This document shows, one piece after another, positions 6,401 through 10,005 of a stretch of 10,134 bases of DNA. The notes below the pieces were generated by a model. It saw nothing but the letters and a program-made list of their open reading frames with translations, was not told the origin of the DNA and ran no database searches. Within the stretch, counting starts at the first letter, position 1; every line of letters starts with the position of its first letter. A program made the position numbers and the translations under genes. The DNA comes from Anaerolineae bacterium (GTDB taxonomy: Bacteria > Chloroflexota > Anaerolineae > S140-20): the NCBI GenBank assembly GCA_027021705.1, contig JALUTT010000078.1, positions 1 through 10,134 of the forward strand, read 5' to 3'.

Positions 6401-9029
6401 CCTGCTGATCGCCCCCCGCCCCTGCTTCGGAGATGCGGAAGGGCTCCCCGATGGGCTCTCCCTCCGCCGTCAATCGCCGGCCGTAAACCGCCCAACTCCC
6501 TTCACCGTTGTCGGCCCAGACCACCAGATACTCGTCCCGCACCCCGTTGTAGGCTGCCGCCGGGTCCTGCTGCTGTCCCGTTAGCGGGCTGATGGCGAAG
6601 GCGCTCCCCACCAGGCCCCCGTCGGCCCCGATCCGTTGACCGTAGACGTCATAGTTCAGCCCGTTGCGGTCGTCCTGCCAGACCACCAGGCTGCCCCCCT
6701 GCCCCTCGGCGGCCGCGACGACGGGGTAGCGCTGGTTCCCCCCTTCGGCATTGACGGCGAAGGGGTCCCCCACCGGGCTCCCGTCGGCCCCCACCCGCCG
6801 GGCGTACAGGTCTCCCGACCGCTCCCAAGCCACCAGCCACTCCCCGGCCACCCCATCGTAAGCCAACGCCGGGTCCCGTTCCGTCGTCCCGCCCGTGGCC
6901 GCCAGAGCGACGTTCCCCCCGCTCAGGCTCCCGTCCCCTTGGACCACTTGACCGTAGACGTCTCCTTTGCCGTCCGTCCGTCGGTCGTACCAGACTACCA
7001 GCCAACTCCCTCCGTCGGAGTTGGCCGCCACCGCCGGCGTCTCCTGTCTCCCAGATCCCACGCCGACGGCAAACCCCACCGTCGGGTCCGATTCGTCCTC
7101 CGGCGTCCCCGGATTGTCCAGCAGCGTCCCGTCCCCCTTCACCCTCTGGCCGTAAATATCCCAGTCGGCCACGCCGGCCTCGGTCCAGACCACCAGGAAG
7201 GACTTCACCCCCGTCGCCTCGTTGTAGGCTACGTCAGGGTGGGTCTGCAGCCCGGCTGCACCGTTGACGACGAAGTTGCCCCCGATCAACTCCCCCGCCG
7301 TCCCCACCAGTTGGCCGTAGAGATCGTAGCCTCCGCTGCGGGCGTCCCGCCACACCACCAGGTAGCGGCCGTCGTCAGGGCTGTAGGCCACGGCCGGAAA
7401 GACCTGTTCCTGCCCCGTCGCCGCCACAACGAAGCTCACCGCCGGATCCGATTCGTCCTCCGGCGTTCCCGGGTTGTCCAGCAGCGTCCCATCCCCCTTC
7501 ACCCGCTGGCCGTAGACGTCACCCCGCCCGTCGGCCCGGTACTCCTCCCAGACCACCAGGTACTCGTCGGCCTGGGGGTTGTAGGCCACGGCAGGCCGCT
7601 GCTGGTCCTCCGGCCCTTGGGCGATGGGGAAGGGATCGCCCAGCAGCGTTCCATCGGCCCCCACCCGCCGCCCCATCAGGTCGCAGTCGGGGCTGAGGGT
7701 GGTGAAGGCACACCAGACGACCAGGTATTCCCCGGCCGTGGGGTTGAAGGCGGTCGCCACCTCGCGCTGCTGCTCCCGCTCTCCCCCCACCGCCACCGGC
7801 TGGCCGATCAGCGGGTCTATCACCACCGGATAGGTAGCCTGGGCCAGCCACGCTTCCGGCACCACCAGCCGCAGCCGCTGGCCCCGCAGGGAGAGCGTCG
7901 CCCATAGCTCCTGCCCCGCCGCGTCGCGCACCAGCGCTCCTCCGTAGGCCAACAGCGCCCGAGCCTCCCCCGTTCCTACCGCGTCGGGGTGGTAGAAACG
8001 AATTCCTTCCTCCGACGAGAGGACCACCGGCACCAACGAAGTGGTGAAGCGCCCCTCGATCACCAGGTCTCCCGAGGCCGGCGGAGGGCTCTCCAGAACG
8101 AAGCGCTGCTCCACCCCTTCGTTGAGCAGGACGTACTCTTCCCTCAGCCCCGGAGCTCGGCGGTAGCGGGCTTGGTTGTCCCTCACCTCCGGCCGCGGAG
8201 GACGCCCCCCGGCATCCCCCCGCCCCGACGCTTTGTACAGGACAGTCTGCCCCACCCGCACCCGCTCCAGGCGGAAAGTCAGCTCGGCCGCCCGTTCCGT
8301 TGGCCGACCGGGAAGATCGGTGCGAAAGGTGAAACCGTCGGCGTCCAGGAAAGCCCGATAGCGTCCGTTGGCCGCAGCCCAGCGCCCTTCCCCTTGGGGG
8401 TGCAGGGCGTTGCGCACCCGCTGCACCAGGTCGGCAGAGTCGGGCGGAGCGCCGGCCAGGCGCGTTGGACCGCCTGGGAGGACGACGGTGAAAGGAACCG
8501 TAGCGGTGATGGTGCCGAGATGGGCGACGATGCGGCCGGGACCGGACTCCGGCCCGGCGGTGAGGGTGAGCCGAACCAACCCCCGATGGGTCTGCCCTCC
8601 CGGAGCCGAGAGGGTGCCCCCCTCCGCCCGGAGGGCCACCGAGGTGCCGTCAACGACTTGGCGTCCCTGGGCGTCGGCCGCGAAGAGGAGAACCACGGCT
8701 TCCTGGCCGGGGTACAGGACGGTAGGTTCAATCAGGAGGGAGAGCAGAGAGGGAGGGGAGGCGGAAGCAAGGGAGGAGGTGGGAAGGGAGGGGGAGGGGA
8801 CGAGGGAGGGAAGGAAGACGGGGAGGTAAAGGCGGGGTGGGGAAGTGGAGGGAGGAATGAGCGACGGGGAGTCTCTGTCCGGGGCAGGACGGCCGGGAGG
8901 CCGCTCAAGCACACGGCTGGCCGTCGGCTGGTCGAAGGCCAGAGGGGCAGGAGGAATCGTGCTGCCTAGGGTACTGAGGATGGTCAGAACGTAGAGCCAG
9001 CGGACGAAGGCTTGAGGGATTGGGGACAT
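1..9029 (-). CDS. Giant secreted RHS/YD-repeat protein (polymorphic toxin/adhesin-like), >=3009 aa, 3' end beyond the left edge of the window
   Basis: Manual translation from ATG (complement of cat 9027-9029) finds no stop down to base 1. It begins MSPIPQAFVRWLYVLTILSTLGS and ends ...VEFSLWDSSGTL at the edge. It contains many YD repeats (YDPLGR, YDAVGNL, YDAAGRL, YDSLDRL, YDGDGVRVAK), an SpvB-like YPLAVPAGRGGLQPDLALTY...GLGWSL and a PKD WDYGDG motif. Third codon positions are strongly G/C, and an RBS is present. Confidence 0.96.
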   Translation of the reverse strand, partial: MSPIPQAFVRWLYVLTILSTLGSTIPPAPLAFDQPTASRVLERPPGRPAPDRDSPSLIPPSTSPPRLYLPVFLPSLVPSPSLPTSSLASASPPSLLSLLIEPTVLYPGQEAVVLLFAADAQGRQVVDGTSVALRAEGGTLSAPGGQTHRGLVRLTLTAGPESGPGRIVAHLGTITATVPFTVVLPGGPTRLAGAPPDSADLVQRVRNALHPQGEGRWAAANGRYRAFLDADGFTFRTDLPGRPTERAAELTFRLERVRVGQTVLYKASGRGDAGGRPPRPEVRDNQARYRRAPGLREEYVLLNEGVEQRFVLESPPPASGDLVIEGRFTTSLVPVVLSSEEGIRFYHPDAVGTGEARALLAYGGALVRDAAGQELWATLSLRGQRLRLVVPEAWLAQATYPVVIDPLIGQPVAVGGEREQQREVATAFNPTAGEYLVVWCAFTTLSPDCDLMGRRVGADGTLLGDPFPIAQGPEDQQRPAVAYNPQADEYLVVWEEYRADGRGDVYGQRVKGDGTLLDNPGTPEDESDPAVSFVVAATGQEQVFPAVAYSPDDGRYLVVWRDARSGGYDLYGQLVGTAGELIGGNFVVNGAAGLQTHPDVAYNEATGVKSFLVVWTEAGVADWDIYGQRVKGDGTLLDNPGTPEDESDPTVGFAVGVGSGRQETPAVAANSDGGSWLVVWYDRRTDGKGDVYGQVVQGDGSLSGGNVALAATGGTTERDPALAYDGVAGEWLVAWERSGDLYARRVGADGSPVGDPFAVNAEGGNQRYPVVAAAEGQGGSLVVWQDDRNGLNYDVYGQRIGADGGLVGSAFAISPLTGQQQDPAAAYNGVRDEYLVVWADNGEGSWAVYGRRLTAEGEPIGEPFRISEAGAGGDQQAPRVAAAADGSYLVVWEDTRVDGKGDVYGQVVQGDGSLSGGNFPIAATTGKAQTEPVVGYGEATGAYLVVWRDTRSGMDLAGQVVATTGVLSGSDFSLVTAASVQAAPALAYDGGRDRFLVVWEDRRDGNYDVYGRFVRGDGQVEGAPFALSQAGGDQRRPAVAYRSGADRYLVVWGDRRNGGYDLYGQWVEGSGVLSGTNVALVAEAKDQRDPVVGALGGGGGLLMVWEDFRNWGWQADLYGRRFDGDGTPLTEEVLVEEVGNAPQSGLAVRTGETEALLVWQTARDEVFAQPYAPLWADFEASPLEGGVPLTVTFQDRSVGTIERRRWDYGDGITGTVSGPTHTHVYRRAGVYTVTLTVEGPDGRSRRLRARYITVTGTAAQNDLAVTLLSRPDLALPGEVVTGTIRIENTGVENSPPGNVQLTLDAGLEARPTSWSLAPLAPGGRVTHTVSITVVAGTEAGPRFWQARVSLQGVTETAVASTTLWVGTVTTGTLGPEGGQVTSADGRVTVAAPAGAVTATREVTLTAYPGPALPPDRRGWVLRFSLEPDLRFERPVTLTVDLAGLADLGALPEGWWPYVAYRAVGTEEEWRYLTLRGVGWAAGRITTTLEHFSDYAAGVTSENGWQLTVNEPTVDRFRGGVSYRYPLAVPAGRGGLQPDLALTYHSDRMDGILADVQADWVGLGWSLDVPQITRDVNWCPWSNPENGHVQLCTGLHKYTLLINGTAYPLIPESGKPPSTLEGLGRYRTHEEAFFYIEQKATQSNAQGTYWVVRTKEGVEYRFGYEPDAEQVLCDVAFLGRTTYRWRLDRIRDRWGNEVIFHYDEEENDPYRCERAGYLSEILYNPKEGGGWGTQVRFLRAPRADDAGAPNADRFDRDDYLFFQQDYLIGVQVWEDGSLVREYRPGYTFNGQVRLLAWVREYGLGGEAGGAVLPTTTFTYQALENTRPQWANGRSYPYSRLVAVENGYGGRFEVDYEQTVVNDRYGYHYRVRERRVLDGMGQVGRWVYDYGPPCYDATDTPCDDGVRSWGLKGYEWSRERAYDEGGRLLYRATQRFVLAWPLTGRMAEEEIADAAGEVQRRTTQTWGYRWVVTPTWDYAGGSAFFYVRAVTTTTAAEGGPVQRWVAYAYDDYGNVVAEYDYGDAVVTGDERTVRRTFVVNTLADVWIVDRVATEMVYEGIQTEDAPDLAVARRYFYYDDQPLDAAPQRGAPTRVEEGSVGSPYRTSYEYDGYGNRTAQTDALGRRTTTTYDDLYHRFPVRVCQAVGTPLERCRYREYYGVNGPGMEAEGAAFGALYREWGPNGEATATAYRYDPFGRVTAVVRPGDSFEMPTVSTTYADGPAPFAVEERRREESGCADCVYTTIRLYDGLGRPVQTRSEAANGQQVVQETGYDVLGRAVTVTHPFLAAFSSDYQAPPEETPATRTTYDALSRVVRVERPDGTAEERSYSGWTTTVVDANGHRRVQAYDAYGRLTRVEEYTGTVESGPVLYATTVYTYDVRGNLVAVQDALGATTVITYDPLGRKEAMDDPDMGHWTYEYDAVGNLIRQQGADGQWVVFDYDELDRPVRKRWVTRTADLDEGGQVLAVYGYDEGAWGIGYRTSMTYAGGSAHYRYDERGRPIEESRAFEGLGVYTTTYGYDGMDRVVRITYPDGEVVTQTYDAGGRPATLVGAAAYVTGATYDAAGRLTGLVLGNGVETTYTYDPLSLRLTGLERRGPEGVLQQLAYAYDGVGNVLVITDSVLGESQRFAYDSLDRLVEAEGTGGPAPYQEAYGYDERGNLRRKGAVRYAYEDPAHVHAVTGGDDGSRFAYDAKGNMTLRVVVSGTEVITYRQAFDAENRLVVVTRTQGVTETVTRFVYDGDGVRVAKITEAGTTLYVGEHYEVFWPGATLELREPVAAVARERMLVRAGGETARSVGGAQGPAVRPVVMPAGGRTVALLPVERAGREVPVRGRARPGRGPARNRSPIPLPATYGYTDEFDTLDTERWVTWTQASIQLYTGGGLLIGSRGETYTPDWNESAGIRLRERLNFTGVGAWAEWKATIYPDARWNLFYAQLRDDEANRYLAVDCSVGDSGATMGCSFRLSQLNPAQHLWNEGYVGGLPTGEFYTLRIANPAPRQVEFSLWDSSGTL
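747..3518 (-). repeat. TcdB-mid-like region plus YD/RHS repeat shell
   Basis: RLVAVENGYGG, YAYDDYGNV, YEYDGYGNR, YDPFGRV, YDGLGRP, YDALSRV, YDPLGRKEAMDDPDMGHWTYEYDAVGNL, YPDGEVVTQTYDAGGR, YDGVGNV, HVHAVT, YDAKGNM, FVYDGDGVRVAK...TLYVGEHYEV. Confidence 0.92.
3576..4500 (-). other. SpvB/TcB-like N-terminal part of the RHS shell
   Basis: VDRFRGGVSYRYPLAVPAGRGGLQPDLALTYHS...WVGLGWSLDVPQITR...YWVVRTKEGVEYRFG...RWRLDRIRDRWGNEVIFHY...YLSEILY...LPTTTFTY. These are the typical SpvB-family motifs in the expected order. Confidence 0.85.
4540..4925 (-). other. ZU5-like autoproteolytic domain ending in HFS
   Basis: It starts GTLGPEGGQVTSADGRVTVAAPAGAV (ZU5-type GPEGG...PxGA), contains EPDLRFERPVTLTV, and ends ITTTLEHFSDYAAG. 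HFS is at 4554-4562 (aa 1490-1492). Confidence 0.75.
4935..5250 (-). other. DUF11/CARDB/NEW3-like Ig-fold domain
   Basis: NDLAVTLLSRPDLALPGEVVTGTIRIENTG...WSLAPLAPGGRVTHTVSITV fits the DL.V....PGE.VT.TI...N.G...L.PG pattern. Confidence 0.65.
5265..5510 (-). other. PKD domain
   Basis: ADFEASPLEGGVPLTVTFQDRSVG...WDYGDG(5397-5414)...THVYRRAGVYTVTLTV matches the canonical PKD signature. Confidence 0.9.
5520..7800 (-). repeat. 14 tandem ~54-aa beta-propeller-like blades (probably two 7-bladed propellers)
   Basis: The consensus Q..PAVAY.....YLVVW.D.R.G..DVYGQ.V..DG...G..F recurs 14 times. The LVVW-like cores lie near 7720, 7555, 7358, 7192, 6997, 6833, 6685, 6523, 6360, 6197, 6040, 5880, 5722 and 5560. 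Confidence 0.85.
7812..8430 (-). other. N-terminal domain ending in a YPVVIDP motif (WapA/RHS N-terminal type)
   Basis: ...EEYVLLNEGVEQRFVLE...LAYGGALVRDAAGQEL...LRLVVPEAWLAQATYPVVIDP, with the motif at 7812-7832 (aa 400-406). This resembles the WL....YPVxIDP ending of N-terminal domains in Gram-positive RHS/WapA-like and other secreted proteins. Confidence 0.6.
8485..8735 (-). other. Bacterial Ig-like (Big_1/invasin-type) domain
   Basis: IEPTVLYPGQEAVVLLFAADAQGRQVVDGTSVALRAEGGTLS...GLVRLTLTAGPESGPGRIVAHLGTITATVPFTV resembles the Big_1 pattern (DAxGxxVxDGTxV...G.L...G...TL.AG). Recognised by eye. Confidence 0.6.
8734..8900 (-). other. Ser/Pro-rich low-complexity linker containing a YLPVF motif
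   Basis: Translates as ...SPSLIPPSTSPPRLYLPVFLPSLVPSPSLPTSSLASASPPSLLSLL. The + strand is an almost pure purine tract here. Confidence 0.8.
8937..9029 (-). other. Putative Sec signal peptide of the RHS protein
   Basis: MSPIPQAFVRWLYVLTILSTLGSTIPPAPLA: one Arg, a hydrophobic stretch, then a Pro/Ala-rich c-region. The cleavage site is uncertain. Confidence 0.55.
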
Positions 9030-9036
9030 GGTCGCT

Positions 9037-9042
9037 CTCCTC
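9037..9042 (-). promoter_or_regulatory. Shine-Dalgarno sequence of the RHS gene
   Basis: The minus strand reads GAAGAGGAGAGCGACC-ATG, with GAGGAG 7 nt before the ATG. Confidence 0.85.
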
Positions 9043-9057
9043 TTCGTCGGGGGTGGG

Positions 9058-9093
9058 AAAAACAACCCCGCCGGCTATCTCAAGCCGGCGGGG
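9058..9093 (-). terminator. Intrinsic terminator within the 5' leader of the RHS gene
   Basis: A perfect 11-bp stem CCCCGCCGGCT/AGCCGGCGGGG (9066-9076 with 9083-9093) and a 6-nt loop are followed on the minus strand by TTGTTTTT (9065-9058). It ends ~30 nt upstream of the ATG. Confidence 0.85.
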
Positions 9094-9284
9094 CCTTGTG
9101 CTACGATGGGGGCTGCCGGGGTAGGCCCTGCCGCTCCGTCGGAGGCCCCGGGCACGCTCTCTGTCCCGGTGCCTCTCCCCTTTCTGCCGACGGACGCGAC
9201 CTCGGACCTAACCCGGGCCTTGCCCGAACCTCGGCGATCCTTCTCAACGAACAGCTTCGTGCCGGGGTACCAGGCACTGACACA
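9058..9284 (-). ncRNA. Candidate cis-regulatory structured leader RNA (attenuator/riboswitch-like, family not recognised)
   Basis: It contains a long interrupted hairpin at 9116-9216 whose G-U pairs form only on the minus strand, small hairpins at 9259-9277 and 9247-9260, a terminator, and a competing 8-bp pairing (9143-9150 with 9089-9096). Confidence 0.5.
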
Positions 9285-9290
9285 GAGCCC

Positions 9291-9299
9291 AGGGTAGCA
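9291..9299 (-). promoter_or_regulatory. Putative extended -10 promoter element (TG-n-TACCCT)
   Basis: The minus strand reads TGcTACCCT, matching TGnTAnnnT. The hexamer starts 10 nt downstream of the last TCTAAC repeat. The predicted +1 is about 9284-9283. Confidence 0.55.
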
Positions 9300-9306
9300 G
9301 GAAGAA

Positions 9307-9345
9307 GTTAGAAAAAGGTTAGAGAGTCGTTAGAAAACGGTGAGA
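9307..9345 (-). promoter_or_regulatory. Four 11-bp-phased direct repeats (TCTAAC x3, TCTCAC x1): putative winged-helix activator (SARP/OmpR-type) binding array
   Basis: The + strand has GTTAGA at 9307, 9318 and 9329 and GTGAGA at 9340. The period is exactly 11 bp, in an AT-richer intergenic patch that overlaps the -35 region. Confidence 0.7.
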
Positions 9346-9387
9346 GCGGGCCGTCCGGCAGTAAGGGCATTCCACGTCACCACTCTG

Positions 9388-9782
9388 TCATAGCGCTTCC
9401 ACCATCTCCTGCATCCGTGCGGCGTCAGGATGCAGGTAGCGCGATGTCGTCTCCAAGTTGACATGTCCCAAGAGCGCCTAGAGCGTTGCCAGGTCTCCTC
9501 CCCGGCGCAGAAAGCGGGTGGCGAAGGTATGCCGCAACACGTGAGGCGTAACCCGGGAGACGCCGGCCCTTCGCGCGGCGGCTTGGACCATCCGTTGGAC
9601 GGCCCGGCTGTCCATCCGCCGCCCTGTTCTGGTGAGGAAAAGAGCCTCCGTCTCCCCCAGGTTGGGGCGTACATCCAGGTAATCCCGGAGCACCCTCCGT
9701 GCTTCCGCCGAAAGGGGCACTCGGCGCTCCTTCAACCCCTTGCCCCGGCGGACCAGCACCCATCCCGACCGTGGTTTGAGAA
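9388..9782 (-). pseudogene. Tyrosine recombinase/integrase (XerC/XerD-like) pseudogene: C-terminal catalytic fragment with an in-frame stop
   Basis: LKPRSGWVLVRRGKGLKERRVPL...LFLTRTGRRM...[53 protein letters not shown]. The GKG.K.R, HxLRH, LLGH and catalytic Tyr motifs are present. TAG at 9478-9480 sits where the conserved Gln is expected, the true stop is TGA at 9388-9390, and the N-terminal half including the first catalytic Arg is not seen. Confidence 0.9.
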
Positions 9783-9902
9783 ATTCATTATGGGCAAGCT
9801 CACCCCCCTTTTTCGACCATTTTACGAAGCCCAGAGCCAATTTCGGCTATCTGTAAGTCCCCAACTTGATATGCTCACGTGGGAGCCCTGCTGATTACTC
9901 AG

Positions 9903-10005
9903 TTCATCCGCGTTGGACCACCGATGACACGGATGGCGCGGATAGACACAGATTTCTCAAGAGACATCCGCGCCGACCCGTCGCACCCGTGTCTATCCGC
10001 GTCCC
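9903..10005. repeat. REP-like imperfect palindrome of CRCGGAT / ATCCGYG motifs
   Basis: The left arm is GACACGGATGGCGCGGATAGACACAGAT. CGCGGATAGACAC (9937-9949) is the perfect inverse of GTGTCTATCCGCG (9989-10001), and GGCGCGGAT (9935-9943) is the inverse of ATCCGCGCC (9966-9974). Confidence 0.7.

Noticed and set aside
7083..7514. Diversity-generating retroelement TR/VR pair
   Set aside because: Both copies lie inside one CDS, the differences are synonymous and not confined to adenines of one copy, and no reverse transcriptase is in view.
175..8914. Numerous minus-strand ORFs in the track (175-1686, 3895-4671, 4735-6495 and others)
   Set aside because: They are off-frame overlaps of the giant CDS, with G/R/A-rich low-information translations.
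9116..9216. Leader hairpin as 6S RNA, SRP RNA, tRNA, T-box or a known riboswitch
   Set aside because: It is too short and its bulge too one-sided for 6S. It lacks the SRP CAGG..GGAA..AGCAG motif and a cloverleaf, has no UGGNACC T-box next to the terminator, and lacks the GGCAAA/GACGCAAA core of c-di-GMP-I. This was judged by eye; an Rfam search is still needed.
9012..9311. Plus-strand ORFs 9012-9311 and 9028-9297
   Set aside because: They are antisense to the leader and promoter region, with no RBS or recognisable protein features.
9478..9840. 120-aa ORF as an intact integrase, or programmed amber recoding
   Set aside because: It lacks the N-terminal domain and first catalytic Arg and stops before LLGH and the catalytic Tyr. 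Its first ~20 aa come from unrelated sequence. A pseudogene is the simpler explanation.
9330..9894. ORFs 9330-9674(-), 9425-9763(-), 9430-9894(+)
   Set aside because: They are alternative-frame or antisense readings of the recombinase pseudogene.
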